The notes under the pieces: model-generated
What the model was told of the DNA's origin: nothing
What the model saw: the letters and a program-made list of their open reading frames with translations, nothing else
The model's database searches: none
Shown here: in pieces, positions 9,333 through 19,568 of the stretch
How positions within the stretch are numbered: position 1 is the stretch's first letter
How the letters are laid out: every line of letters starts with the position of its first letter
Made by a program: the position numbers and the translations under genes
Assembly: GCA_949297415.1 (NCBI GenBank)
Contig: CASFSV010000014.1
Span: 7,030-71,029, forward strand
Source of the DNA: an uncultured Alphaproteobacteria bacterium
GTDB lineage: Bacteria > Pseudomonadota > Alphaproteobacteria > RF32 > CAG-239
Direction: 5' to 3'
DNA length: 64,000 nt

Positions 9333-10922
9333 ATGCCTGAAAATATTGTCAATAAAAGAAAAACTTTTGCGATTATTTCGCACCCTGACGCCGGTAAAAC
9401 AACCTTAACCGAAAAACTCCTTTTGTTTGGTGGTGCTATTCAACAAGCCGGTGCCGTTAAAGCTCGCGGTGAAAACAGACGTGCTCACTCTGACTGGATG
9501 AAAGTGGAGCAGGAACGTGGTATTTCTGTCGCTTCTTCCGTGATGACTTTTGAATACAAAGATATTACCTTTAATCTTCTTGATACTCCGGGGCACGAAG
9601 ACTTTTCAGAAGATACATATCGTGTACTCACCGCTGTTGATTCCGCTGTGATGGTTATTGACTCAGCTAAAGGTATTGAAACTCAGACTAAAAAATTGTT
9701 TGAAGTTTGTCGTCTGAGAAACATCCCTATCCTTACCTTTATCAATAAAATGGATAGAGAAGGTCTTGATCCGTTTGTACTCCTTGATGATATTGAAAAA
9801 ACTTTGGCTCTTGATGTTTGTCCGGCAAGTTGGCCTATTGGCAGTGGTAAAGATTTTCTCGGTTGTTATGACTTACTCAACGACCAACTTATTTTAATGA
9901 ACAAAACAGGGAATAAAGGACAAATCAACTCAGTTATTGAAACTTGTAAAGGGCTTGATGATCCCAAATTAGATGAGTTACTTCCGGCTCATGCGGTTGC
10001 AAAATTGCGTGAAGATGTTTTGATGGTTAAAGAACTTTGCCCGCAATTTGACCTTGAGCTTTACCTTGCCGGCGCGCTCACTCCCGTATTTTTCGGCAGT
10101 GCTATTAACAACTTTGGCGTTAAAGAAGTGTTGGAAGGTTTGCATACTCTTGCTCCTACCCCAAGACCTCAACCAACAGCTGAACGTGAAGTTAATGCCG
10201 ATGAGAAAAAAGTTACTGGTTTCATTTTCAAAATTCAGGCAAACATGGATCCGAAACATCGTGATAGAATTGCTTTTATGCGTATTTGTTCCGGTCACTT
10301 CAAACGTGGTATGACACTCTCACAAATTCGTACCGGTAAATCGATTAAAATTCCAACTCCGGTTATGTTCCTTGCTCAAGAGCGCGAGTTAGCTGAAGAT
10401 GCTTATGCCGGCGATATTATCGGTATTCCAAACCACGGACAACTGCGCATTGGCGATACTCTTACTGAAGGCGAAAAATTGCATTTTACAGGTATTCCTA
10501 GTTTTGCTCCGGAACTTCTTAAATCTGTGCGTGCGCTTGATCCACTTAAATCCAAACATCTTGGTAACGCTCTTCAACAAATTGCTGAAGAAGGTGGAGC
10601 CAGCGTATTCAAGCCGGTTATCGGTTCTGAATGGATTGTCGGTGTGGTTGGTGTTTTGCAATTTGAAGTTATGGCTGACCGTATTCGTACCGAATTTAAT
10701 ATTCCGGTGGTATTTGAACCAACTCAATACTATACGGCTCGTTGGATTTCTTCTAACGATAAAAACGCATTAGCTAAATTTATTGATGCTAACCAAGCAA
10801 ATATTGCACAGGATCACGACGGAGAAACCGTCTTCTTAGCGCGTAACGCTTGGCACCTTAATAAAGCCAAAGAAGATTTTCCGCAAGTTGAACTAAAAAC
10901 AACGCGTGAACAAGTTTTTTAA
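9333..10922 (+). CDS. prfC: peptide chain release factor 3
   Basis: 529 aa from ATG 9333. RKTFAIISHPDAGKTTLTEKLLLFGGAIQQAGAVK, DTPGHEDF and NKMDR GTPase motifs with RF3-type domains. The track start at 9147 adds an implausible hydrophobic leader. Promoter-like TTGCAT-N16-TATTAT lies upstream. Confidence 0.93.
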   Translation: MPENIVNKRKTFAIISHPDAGKTTLTEKLLLFGGAIQQAGAVKARGENRRAHSDWMKVEQERGISVASSVMTFEYKDITFNLLDTPGHEDFSEDTYRVLTAVDSAVMVIDSAKGIETQTKKLFEVCRLRNIPILTFINKMDREGLDPFVLLDDIEKTLALDVCPASWPIGSGKDFLGCYDLLNDQLILMNKTGNKGQINSVIETCKGLDDPKLDELLPAHAVAKLREDVLMVKELCPQFDLELYLAGALTPVFFGSAINNFGVKEVLEGLHTLAPTPRPQPTAEREVNADEKKVTGFIFKIQANMDPKHRDRIAFMRICSGHFKRGMTLSQIRTGKSIKIPTPVMFLAQERELAEDAYAGDIIGIPNHGQLRIGDTLTEGEKLHFTGIPSFAPELLKSVRALDPLKSKHLGNALQQIAEEGGASVFKPVIGSEWIVGVVGVLQFEVMADRIRTEFNIPVVFEPTQYYTARWISSNDKNALAKFIDANQANIAQDHDGETVFLARNAWHLNKAKEDFPQVELKTTREQVF

Positions 10923-10950
10923 TTTGTTCTTCTAACCATTTAAAAACGGC

Positions 10951-10988
10951 AAAGCCTCGCTAGTATTTCACTAACGAGGCTTTGTTTT
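10951..10988 (+). terminator. intrinsic terminator after prfC
   Basis: aaagcctcg...cgaggcttt stem followed by TTTGTTTT. Confidence 0.75.
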
Positions 10989-10991
10989 AGG

Positions 10992-11432
10992 TTATTCATA
11001 AAACTTGGGGTGGAAATTTTGGGCAAATATCTTTTTATCAATTCCATTGATTGTGGTAATATTTGGATTTTCCATTATCTCTTGCAGTTCAGTTGAGCAA
11101 AACGTACTACGCTTATCAGCTCCTTCTACAAAAGCATTAATATTACCTTTTGCCGCTTTTATATATCTTGATGAGGCGATTTTCCAAATTTTGGTTATTT
11201 CTTCTCCAACCTCATCAACTCGTCCATCTAGTCCCAATCCTATCAATGCTTGACCGCATGGGGTGTCATCCAGCATTTGAGCATCTTGATGTTCGCTAAT
11301 AAATTTTTTGGCATCATCTTTATTTTTTGAATTTGGCATAAAGCTCACACTATAAACAACTGCGCTGTTCGGTTTGGTCATAACGCTTTCGTTTTGCGCG
11401 ATTGCGTATGCTTCCGCTATCAAATTATTCAT
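10992..11432 (-). CDS. hypothetical protein (146 aa), no family recognised
   Basis: Long ORF overlapping the upstream metallophosphoesterase gene by 8 nt, so likely co-transcribed. Soluble. Contains DDTPCGQALIGLG and INAFVEGADKRSTF segments. Confidence 0.5.
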   Translation of the reverse strand: MNNLIAEAYAIAQNESVMTKPNSAVVYSVSFMPNSKNKDDAKKFISEHQDAQMLDDTPCGQALIGLGLDGRVDEVGEEITKIWKIASSRYIKAAKGNINAFVEGADKRSTFCSTELQEIMENPNITTINGIDKKIFAQNFHPKFYE

Positions 11433-12651
11433 CTTGCTTATCTTCTTTTACTGTTTCTGATACGCTTACTGATTCTGGTTTTATCTCGCTTTTTTGCCCT
11501 TCTTTGCTTGGTGTAAAATTAAACACCGTAATCTCTGACGGCGCGAAAATTCTTATCGGAGGCCCCCAATATCTGGTTCCTCTGGATACATACATTTCTA
11601 CACCGTTTTTGTTATAAAATCCGGCAAGAACGCCACCATTCGCACGCTCTGTAAAATAATGGAACGGATAGATTTGTCCACCGTGCGTGTGACCGGATAG
11701 TTGTAAGTCAACATTATCCTTTGTTACACCCTCTGCTATTTGCGGAGTGTGCGACAGCAATATCACATAATCATCCTTTTCTGCTTTATACAGAGCATTA
11801 CTGATATTTACCTTCATCTTTGCCATTTCTGCGGCTCTTATATCTGGAATACCTGCAATATAAATTCCAGTATTTCCTAATTTTGCACCATAATTATTTA
11901 AAAACTCAAAACCGAGTTGGGCAAATCCGATTGCCCACTGCATTGCTCCTGAATAAAACTCGTGATTTCCCAGCACAACATATACATGGTCTTTAACTGA
12001 TAATTGTTTCAACTCTAACATTTGTGCAAATAATTTTCCCGGCGTATTATCTATAACATCTCCAACCAACACTACAGCATCCGGTTTTAACGAATTTACT
12101 TCATCAACTATTTTTTTTACTGCTTTTGGTGAGGTGTCTATATCTATATGCAAATCAGACAACATAACAACTTTAGTTGCTTCTTTAATTTTCGGAGAAC
12201 TTATATCGTATGTTTTTATTGAGGGCATCTTTTCTGCTTCATATAAACCATACAAGCAAAACAATAAACAGAAAATGATTGTACCGATGTTAATTTTATT
12301 TAAAAGAGCTGTATTCTTTAAATCTGATACAGGAACTCTTCTGACAAAATCAACCAGAGCCCAAAGCATATCTCTGATAATAGTTATTGCAAATAAGAAA
12401 AATACAAAACCAAACCAAAAATATAATATCTTCGTTATGTAAACAAAGCTATCTTCTATTTCTGTACGGTGTATGGAAAAACTTAATAATGGAGCAAACC
12501 ATCCGCAAGCTACAAAGAGAAAATATCCTAATTTTGTATACCATCGATAGTCCCCATATCCAACATAAGTTTTGTATGTAATAGCTATAGCTGCTAACGC
12601 CACTACTAAAAAGGCTATCTCTACCGGCATAAATATCCTCCCTTTTCTCAT
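11425..12651 (-). CDS. membrane-anchored metallophosphoesterase (calcineurin-like, YkuE-type)
   Basis: About 5 N-terminal TM segments, then LSDLHID, GDVID, GNHEF, LLSHTP and SGHTHGGQ phosphoesterase motifs. Start may be ATG 12630. Confidence 0.85.
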   Translation of the reverse strand: MRKGRIFMPVEIAFLVVALAAIAITYKTYVGYGDYRWYTKLGYFLFVACGWFAPLLSFSIHRTEIEDSFVYITKILYFWFGFVFFLFAITIIRDMLWALVDFVRRVPVSDLKNTALLNKINIGTIIFCLLFCLYGLYEAEKMPSIKTYDISSPKIKEATKVVMLSDLHIDIDTSPKAVKKIVDEVNSLKPDAVVLVGDVIDNTPGKLFAQMLELKQLSVKDHVYVVLGNHEFYSGAMQWAIGFAQLGFEFLNNYGAKLGNTGIYIAGIPDIRAAEMAKMKVNISNALYKAEKDDYVILLSHTPQIAEGVTKDNVDLQLSGHTHGGQIYPFHYFTERANGGVLAGFYNKNGVEMYVSRGTRYWGPPIRIFAPSEITVFNFTPSKEGQKSEIKPESVSVSETVKEDKQDE

Positions 12652-12655
12652 TATA

Positions 12656-13225
12656 TTATTGTGCTTCGGCTATTTTTTCTTCCTCTTTTTTTGTTTTACG
12701 AGGAACACTTGTTCTTTTTCTTGGTGTTTTCTTTGGTTTTATTTCTTCTTCCGATTGTGTTTCTTCCTTTATCTCTACTACTTTGAAATTTTTTGCAACT
12801 TTTTTCTCCACCGCTGGCAATGTTTCTACATAGCCGTTTGCTTCAGGAATTGGCTCTATCGGTGTTTGGGGCTCCTCATTTTCTCTTATTTCTTCTTCTG
12901 ATGTATTGGCTTCTTCATTATTCTCATTCTCACCGTTTTCTGCATTATCTTCCGAGCGATTTTGTTGTTCCTGTCTGGATTGACGACGCTCATTTATTTC
13001 TGTCACAATCTTACGATAATGTTCGGCATACTGACGATATATTTCCATATCGACATAATCGCCACTCGCCTGAGCTTCTTTTGCCAAATCATTATACTTT
13101 CTGATTAAATCCAATGCCGTACCGCTTATCTTGCCTGCAATACTTACACTGTCGAATTTATAGTTCAACGTATAACCGTTATTGTTACCGCCGTTATTAC
13201 GAAATCTGTTATTTTGCTTTTTCAT
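12656..13225 (-). CDS. DUF4167 domain protein
   Basis: N-terminal RFRNNGGNNN..., then SGDYVDMEIYRQYAEHYRKI motif and an acidic/lysine-rich tail. This family is characteristic of Alphaproteobacteria. Confidence 0.75.
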   Translation of the reverse strand: MKKQNNRFRNNGGNNNGYTLNYKFDSVSIAGKISGTALDLIRKYNDLAKEAQASGDYVDMEIYRQYAEHYRKIVTEINERRQSRQEQQNRSEDNAENGENENNEEANTSEEEIRENEEPQTPIEPIPEANGYVETLPAVEKKVAKNFKVVEIKEETQSEEEIKPKKTPRKRTSVPRKTKKEEEKIAEAQ

Positions 13226-13363
13226 ATATTCCTACATTCATCACAGAGCTCTCTGCTCTTTAAAATTGATTATCAAAAAAGGAAACTCTATGGTATGCCT
13301 TCATCTAAAACCGCATACCGCTCACAGTGTTTGATATTATAAGTTAAATTTTTTTTTTGCAAC

Positions 13364-14194
13364 TTATTTTTTTAATATCACACACCTGTTTATTCCGCCT
13401 AAATCTTTTACTATTTTCTCTAAATATAATCCTTCTTTTTCAAATATTTCTTTAATTTTTTGCGCTTGTCCCATTCCTGCTTCAATTAGAATATATCCAT
13501 CTTTTTTTAAAAACAAAGGGGCTAGTTTTGCAATCTCATGGTAGCATTTATATCCATCTTTTCCCCCATCTAAAGCTATTCGGGGATCGTAGTCTTTTAC
13601 TTCTACATCCAATTTTTCAATATCCTCACTTGCAATATAGGGTGGATTAGTAACAATCATATCTATACTTTCTTTTGCAAACTCTAATTGCTGCCATGAG
13701 CAATTTTGAAATATGCAACGATTTTCAATCCCTAATCTTTGGGCATTCTCTTTTGCTACATTTAATGCTTTTTCTGATATATCTACGCCAATTCCTTTGC
13801 TTTTTACGCAATCTTTCAATATTGATAGTAAAATACATCCGCTGCCTGTTCCTAAATCTACTACTGTGCCTTCCTCTTTCTCTTTCAGCAATTTTATTGC
13901 TTCTTCTACTAAAATTTCAGTATCCGGACGAGGGGTCAAAACATCTTGGTTTACTTTGAATACGGATTTATAAAACTCACGCTCCCCGACTATCTTATCT
14001 AATGGTTCACGATTTATTCTTCTTTGAAGCATCTCTTTTATTTTTTCTTGTTCTTCTTGTGTAATTTGGGGATATAATGGCGCAGCATATTTTAATATTA
14101 TATTCGCTTCTAAACGCGGTGAACTAATCCCTGCTTTTATTAACGCAGCAATTACTTCTTCTCGCAAATCCTTTTGGCTGTCTTGTTCAAACAT
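13364..14194 (-). CDS. prmC: release factor glutamine methyltransferase PrmC/HemK
   Basis: VVDLGTGSGCI (motif I) and IVTNPPYI (NPPY). Start moved to ATG 14194 (MFEQD...) because the track start at 14302 would overlap rpoH by about 100 nt. Confidence 0.88.
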   Translation of the reverse strand: MFEQDSQKDLREEVIAALIKAGISSPRLEANIILKYAAPLYPQITQEEQEKIKEMLQRRINREPLDKIVGEREFYKSVFKVNQDVLTPRPDTEILVEEAIKLLKEKEEGTVVDLGTGSGCILLSILKDCVKSKGIGVDISEKALNVAKENAQRLGIENRCIFQNCSWQQLEFAKESIDMIVTNPPYIASEDIEKLDVEVKDYDPRIALDGGKDGYKCYHEIAKLAPLFLKKDGYILIEAGMGQAQKIKEIFEKEGLYLEKIVKDLGGINRCVILKK

Positions 14195-14195
14195 T

Positions 14196-15092
14196 TTATG
14201 CTGCCATGGCCTTTTTGACTTCTGCCGATAATTTATCGAACGCCTTTTTCTCAATCTGGCGTACACGCTCTCGGCTAATATTGAAATGAGCGCCGATATC
14301 ATCTAATGTTATCGGATTTTCTGTCAACATTCGGTTCTTTATAATATATTGTTCACGTTCATCTAATTTCTTTAAACATTGAGCAAGAATTTTTGCCTTA
14401 TAGGCTTGCTCCTGACGTGCAGCTAATTTACCCTCAATATTTTCGCGACCGTCAATAACCATATCAATTTTTTCACGACCGTCTTCATCGTCACCCACAT
14501 TGACATTTAATGAGCTATCGCCTCCAATACGGCGGTTCATTTCGGTTACGTCTTTTTCATCAACAACCAATTCTTTAGCGATTGCCTTCACGACTTTAGG
14601 TTCTAATTCTTTATTTTCATATATACCTAAACGTGCTTTTATACGACTCAAATTATAAAACAGCTTCTTTTGCGCAGCAACCGTACCAATTTTTACCAGA
14701 GACCAAGAACGCAAAATATAATCATTTATGGCTGCTTTTATCCACCATATTGCATACGTTGCCAAACGGACTTTTTTATCTGTATCAAATTTCTTCACAG
14801 CTTGCATCAAACCTAAATTTGCTTCGGATATAACATCAGACATCGGCAAGCCATAGCGTCGATACGTTAGGGCTATCTTTGCTGCTAAACGCAAGTGCGA
14901 GGTAATTAGTTTTTGTGCTGCTAATAAATCTCCTCTGGTTTGAAAATCTTCTATTAACTGTCTTTCCTCACTCTCGGTCAAAACAGGAAAGCGCTTAATC
15001 TGTTCCAGATAGGTATATAATCCATTTTCCTCAACCACCATAGGCAGTTGCGGTTTGGGATTTACTACGACTAAATTTTTATGCTCACTCAT
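14196..15092 (-). CDS. rpoH: RNA polymerase sigma-32 factor RpoH
   Basis: Sigma-70 regions 2-4. RpoH-box-like AQKKLFYNLSRIK preceded by ATYAIWWIKAAINDYILRSWSLVKIGT. Confidence 0.9.
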   Translation of the reverse strand: MSEHKNLVVVNPKPQLPMVVEENGLYTYLEQIKRFPVLTESEERQLIEDFQTRGDLLAAQKLITSHLRLAAKIALTYRRYGLPMSDVISEANLGLMQAVKKFDTDKKVRLATYAIWWIKAAINDYILRSWSLVKIGTVAAQKKLFYNLSRIKARLGIYENKELEPKVVKAIAKELVVDEKDVTEMNRRIGGDSSLNVNVGDDEDGREKIDMVIDGRENIEGKLAARQEQAYKAKILAQCLKKLDEREQYIIKNRMLTENPITLDDIGAHFNISRERVRQIEKKAFDKLSAEVKKAMAA

Positions 15093-15162
15093 ACCTTTTC
15101 CTTACAGACTTTTTTCACCAGTTTTGTTTATTTAGGTGTCCTCTTTTACTTTCGCAAGTCTT

Positions 15163-15669
15163 TTATTTATACAAAAAGGATGTTTCCTGTCCTGATGCTT
15201 TCAGTTCTAAATTTATAACTTCAACACGATAACTTTCTGCTTCAGGGTATACTAAAAGAAACAAATCACTTGCTTCTTTATTTTGGCTCGTATTTTTGCA
15301 TAATAACATATTTTCTTCGGCTATACCTTTATTTATTTTGCGATCTGCAATGATGTTTGATACCGGCTTGGTTGCTTCTGTTTTGTAGTTTGCTATATTT
15401 TCTTTAGAAAATTTATCCATATTATGCGTCAAAAAATATCGACGACGGCGTTGTTTTACATTTTTACTCGTGTCATTTTTATAAAACTCAGAAATAAACT
15501 CTTTGGTGGCTGATATCAATTTCTCATCTTGACAGGTCGGCATCGGGATTATTTGCTTTTCCACCTGATGGACAATGACCTCTTGAGCTTCGTTGCTTGT
15601 TTCTTCTGCATTTACATACGGCACAAATAAGCACGCAATTGCTATCATCCCAAAGAGTTTATTTCTCAT
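15163..15669 (-). CDS. hypothetical secreted protein
   Basis: Signal peptide MRNKLFGMIAIACLFVPYVNA-EE. No recognisable domain. Confidence 0.5.
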   Translation of the reverse strand: MRNKLFGMIAIACLFVPYVNAEETSNEAQEVIVHQVEKQIIPMPTCQDEKLISATKEFISEFYKNDTSKNVKQRRRRYFLTHNMDKFSKENIANYKTEATKPVSNIIADRKINKGIAEENMLLCKNTSQNKEASDLFLLVYPEAESYRVEVINLELKASGQETSFLYK

Positions 15670-15678
15670 GTATTTCTC

Positions 15679-17067
15679 CTAAAAATTTAATGACTTTGGC
15701 GTTCTCGGGAACGGAATAACGTCACGAATATTGGCAATACCCGTTAATAACATCATCATACGTTCAAAACCTAAGCCAAATCCTGCGTGAGGAACAGAAC
15801 CGTATTTACGAGAATCGAGGTACCATCCGTAATCTTCTTCGTGCATACCTAATTCTTCAATACGTTTTTTCAACAAATCGTATCTTTCTTCTCTTTGTGA
15901 TCCACCGATTAATTCACCAATCCTCGGAACTAAAACATCCATTGCGGCAACGGTTTTGTTATCATCGTTCATACGCATATAGAAAGCTTTGATTTCTTTT
16001 GGATAGTCGCGTACAATTACCGGACGTTTGAAGTGTTCTTCCGCCAAAAAGCGTTCATGCTCTGTTTGCATATCAATACCATATTCCGGTTCATATTCAA
16101 ACTTCTTTCCGGATTTTTTCATTATCTCGATTGCTTCGGTATAGGTAATGCGAGCAAAACTGTTATTTTTGATTGTGTTCAAAGTATCCATCAATGTCGG
16201 ATCCACGAATTTTGAAAAAAGTTCAATATCGTCATGACATCTTTCCATAACATCCGTTACACAGTAGCGAACCATATCTTCGGCTAAATCCATGTCATCA
16301 TAAATATCTGCAAATGCCATTTCCGGTTCTATCATCCAGAACTCTGCTGCGTGACGCGCCGTATTGGAATTTTCTGCCCTAAAAGTCGGGCCAAATGTAT
16401 AAATATCGCCTAAGGCACATGCATACATCTCACCGTTTAACTGCCCTGATACTGTCAGATGCGCCGGTTTTCCGAAAAAGTCTTGGCTATAATCTATTTC
16501 TCCGTTTGGTAAACGTGGCGGATTTTTCATATCCAAGGTTGTGACCTGAAACATCTCTCCGGCTCCTTCACAATCCGAACCGGTGATAATCGGGGTATGA
16601 ACATATTTAAATCCGCGTTCCTGGAAAAATTTATGAATTGCATAAGATAGCGCAGAGCGAACTCTGAATGCTGCACCATATTTATTAGTACGAGGTCTTA
16701 AATGAGCTATCGTTCGCAAGTATTCATCCGAGTGTTTCTTTTTTTGCAACGGAAAATCTTCAGGTGCTAAACTATATATTTCAATTTTATCGGCAACTAT
16801 TTCGTATTTTTGATTTCCGCCCTGCGACTCTACCAAAGCTCCTGTAATGGCAACAGATGAACCTGTTGAAAGATTTTTTACCTCATTATAATTGGGGAGA
16901 TTATTATGAGCGATAATTTGCAAATTCTTTAAACATGAACCATCGTTTATTTCTATAAATGAAAAGTCTTTGGAATCTCTTCTGGTTCTTACCCAACCTT
17001 TAGCTAAGACTTCCGGTTGCGTTGTTTCTGATTTCAATAAATCTACAATTTTTGTTCTTCTTAACAT
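15679..17067 (-). CDS. asnS: asparagine--tRNA ligase
   Basis: Class IIb aaRS with N-terminal OB fold, [21 protein letters not shown] and [11 protein letters not shown] motifs. The 462-aa length is typical of AsnRS. Confidence 0.92.
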   Translation of the reverse strand: MLRRTKIVDLLKSETTQPEVLAKGWVRTRRDSKDFSFIEINDGSCLKNLQIIAHNNLPNYNEVKNLSTGSSVAITGALVESQGGNQKYEIVADKIEIYSLAPEDFPLQKKKHSDEYLRTIAHLRPRTNKYGAAFRVRSALSYAIHKFFQERGFKYVHTPIITGSDCEGAGEMFQVTTLDMKNPPRLPNGEIDYSQDFFGKPAHLTVSGQLNGEMYACALGDIYTFGPTFRAENSNTARHAAEFWMIEPEMAFADIYDDMDLAEDMVRYCVTDVMERCHDDIELFSKFVDPTLMDTLNTIKNNSFARITYTEAIEIMKKSGKKFEYEPEYGIDMQTEHERFLAEEHFKRPVIVRDYPKEIKAFYMRMNDDNKTVAAMDVLVPRIGELIGGSQREERYDLLKKRIEELGMHEEDYGWYLDSRKYGSVPHAGFGLGFERMMMLLTGIANIRDVIPFPRTPKSLNF

Positions 17068-17169
17068 TTTAAATCATTCCCCATTTGTTAAATGTTGTTT
17101 TTAAAGCAAACAGGAGCATAGAACATTTTGTTTTAAATGTAAACAGATTTATCTTTTTTTACGTTTTTA

Positions 17170-18336
17170 TTACGCTTTACTTTTTTGTGAGGCAATATGC
17201 TGAAGCCACTCAGTTACCGTTAACTCCCGACTTTGTGGTGATAGACTTTCATATGCTTTCTGTGCATATGTATGATAATATGTTTTATCTTTTTCGTTTT
17301 TAGCTGTTTGTTCGGCCTTGCATACAGCTATAATACTTTTGTATAAAGCATTTTTATGATGTGCTTTTATATGTAAATTATCCCAACATATTTCTGCCTT
17401 TGTTATCTCGGCAATGCGCTTTAATACAAACGGCTTGACTATTTCATCTGACGTATTTAAACAATAGCACTGTTGCGCATAGCTTTGACGACGCACTATC
17501 AACTCAACCTCACTACCGTTTGGTAAGTGCACTTGATTTAAATGCTGGTGATTATATATATACTCAAACCATTGCACTAACTTTTCTGATGTATATTTCT
17601 TATATTCGTAACCGCGATTTTCCACTTTATGAAAAATACGGGCACATTCTCTGGCCGTTAATTCTCCGGCTTGTTTTTCTTGAAGTTGTTCCGGTTCTTC
17701 TTTTTCAGGACAGTAGTGGCATTTTGCCCACTTGGCAAATGCTGCCAATATTTCTTGATGATGTTCCGAACTGTTTAGGCAAAAGGCTGCTTTATTGTTT
17801 ATTCCCAGTCGCTCTACTATTATCTGAATTTTCTTACCGGCTACTTTGCAGATGTTTTCTTCCGGATGCTCATATAACTTGCGAAATAGTCCGTTTAATC
17901 TATCTTGCTTCTTGAAACCTGATAATTTTTTACCATCTTCTGATTTTACTTCATCGAATAAATGCTTAACATCGCTAACAATCAATTCCCCTATTTTTTT
18001 CGCTTCAGGTTTTCGTGTGCGATACGTGATACCGGTTCGTTCTGCAAAAGCTTTCAATATTGCTTCTTGAGGAGCTTGTACCGTATTTAAATAATATGCA
18101 GAAGCGCGTCCTTCTTGACGGCGATGAACAACTATCGGCACGACTCTTCCATCTGGCAATTCACACGTATTTTTTTCTTTATCTTGATAGAGCTGAACAA
18201 ACAAAAAACGCAGATGACCGCGTTTTTCACTCTGCGTTAATTTTTCTCCTTTTTCATTTCTGACGTTATCAAAAAATTTGACAACCTCGGCTGCGTTTAA
18301 TTCGCCTTCTTGTTTTAGTTCTATTGTTTCCGTCAT
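17170..18336 (-). CDS. hypothetical protein built of three tandem repeats of about 110 aa
   Basis: Repeats share GEL..(F).V...G.K...K..L..LF..LY.....N.C.L..G....I.V.R......A.CLN.S......IL..FA. See findings. Confidence 0.6.
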   Translation of the reverse strand: MTETIELKQEGELNAAEVVKFFDNVRNEKGEKLTQSEKRGHLRFLFVQLYQDKEKNTCELPDGRVVPIVVHRRQEGRASAYYLNTVQAPQEAILKAFAERTGITYRTRKPEAKKIGELIVSDVKHLFDEVKSEDGKKLSGFKKQDRLNGLFRKLYEHPEENICKVAGKKIQIIVERLGINNKAAFCLNSSEHHQEILAAFAKWAKCHYCPEKEEPEQLQEKQAGELTARECARIFHKVENRGYEYKKYTSEKLVQWFEYIYNHQHLNQVHLPNGSEVELIVRRQSYAQQCYCLNTSDEIVKPFVLKRIAEITKAEICWDNLHIKAHHKNALYKSIIAVCKAEQTAKNEKDKTYYHTYAQKAYESLSPQSRELTVTEWLQHIASQKSKA

Positions 18337-18408
18337 TTTCTTATTACCTTATTCGATTTGTTTTAATATAGCATGTTTTATCTTATAAGGCAATATGATT
18401 TTAATGAC

Positions 18409-18744
18409 CTAAAACATAAAGCGCATTAACTGTATCCAATACGCATAAACGGCTATAGCTACAATTTTATAAAGCACAGCTATACTCATCAATGTTCCGC
18501 CTAAAACCACAACTTCAATGATTATCGCAGTAATTACCGCAACCCCCAACATCTCCAGCCAATAGTATTTTTGCTTTATCAATAACAGTGAGGCAATTAC
18601 CGCTGTTAGTGCCAAATACATATTCTGCATTGCTGCAAAAGTATTAGAAACCGGTAATGTTACTGTACTGAAATTTAAAACAAATGAAGTCATCATCACA
18701 ATGGTTGCGATGATAAAGATGATAAAACTACTTCTTCTTGACAT
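18409..18744 (-). CDS. small integral membrane protein (3-4 TM)
   Basis: 111 aa, almost entirely hydrophobic helices. Overlaps the upstream methyltransferase gene by 17 nt. Confidence 0.55.
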   Translation of the reverse strand: MSRRSSFIIFIIATIVMMTSFVLNFSTVTLPVSNTFAAMQNMYLALTAVIASLLLIKQKYYWLEMLGVAVITAIIIEVVVLGGTLMSIAVLYKIVAIAVYAYWIQLMRFMF

Positions 18745-19456
18745 TTTTGCCTCCTTTTACAGTTCCCTTTACTGCTTTATTTGTTGATTTTGATTTAATT
18801 GCTTTTTCTGTCTTGGTTGGTTGTGACTTTACCGTCTTTTTCTTTCCTGAATTGACTTTCTTTGATTTTTCCTTCTCTGCTTTAGGTTTTCTATACACAA
18901 AAATCTTTTCCGGTACCCCATATATTGAAGAATCGATTTGTTTAACTTCTTCCAGATGACCTAATGGAAACATTTCTGAAATTACCACACAACTTTCTTT
19001 AATATCTTTGGCTAAAATCTTTCCTAAGGGCTCGCCGGTCACTTTCAAAACATAGCACATAATTAAGTCCATATCTCGGTAGTCTTGCTTCATATAATCC
19101 CCTTTAATGAAAGTGATATTTTTTAGACCAACTGCTTTGATTTTCCCCATTGTTAAAGGCACTATATCCCATTCATAACCGATAAACTCGTGCTCAGGAA
19201 ATTCTTTGGCTAATGGTAACAAAAGCGCACCGCTGCCACAGCCTAAATCTGTCACTTTCATTTTATGTTTGGATTTTTGTAAGATTGCTCTTGCCTCTTC
19301 AATCATATCTTCTTTTATTTTTCCGTATGATGATACAAAGGGACCATATTTACCGCATCCGCATTTGATGTATGAATATGTTTGATACAATAAATATAAA
19401 ATCGCCGCAAATCCAATCAGCAGCGCTAATATAGTGATTATCCCATTACAGCACAT
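18728..19456 (-). CDS. class I SAM-dependent methyltransferase with N-terminal TM anchor and Lys-rich C-terminal tail
   Basis: TM segment IITILALLIGFAAILYLLY, SAM motif I VTDLGCGSGALLL, and a roughly 50-aa K/T/S-rich tail. Confidence 0.7.
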   Translation of the reverse strand: MCCNGIITILALLIGFAAILYLLYQTYSYIKCGCGKYGPFVSSYGKIKEDMIEEARAILQKSKHKMKVTDLGCGSGALLLPLAKEFPEHEFIGYEWDIVPLTMGKIKAVGLKNITFIKGDYMKQDYRDMDLIMCYVLKVTGEPLGKILAKDIKESCVVISEMFPLGHLEEVKQIDSSIYGVPEKIFVYRKPKAEKEKSKKVNSGKKKTVKSQPTKTEKAIKSKSTNKAVKGTVKGGKNVKKK

Positions 19457-19568
19457 TATTTGTTCTCCGCTCTATAAAAAAAGTTTGCTATCTTTTGGTT
19501 GGTGTTATATATATTGGAAATTGTTTAAGAAAACATTTAATTTTTCATTCTTTACGGGAGAGTTCTCT

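Noticed and set aside
12572-13104. Track ORFs 12572-12901 and 12793-13104 on the plus strand.
   Set aside because: They are antisense to the DUF4167 gene and the metallophosphoesterase gene, and their Phe/Leu-rich shadow translations are not credible.
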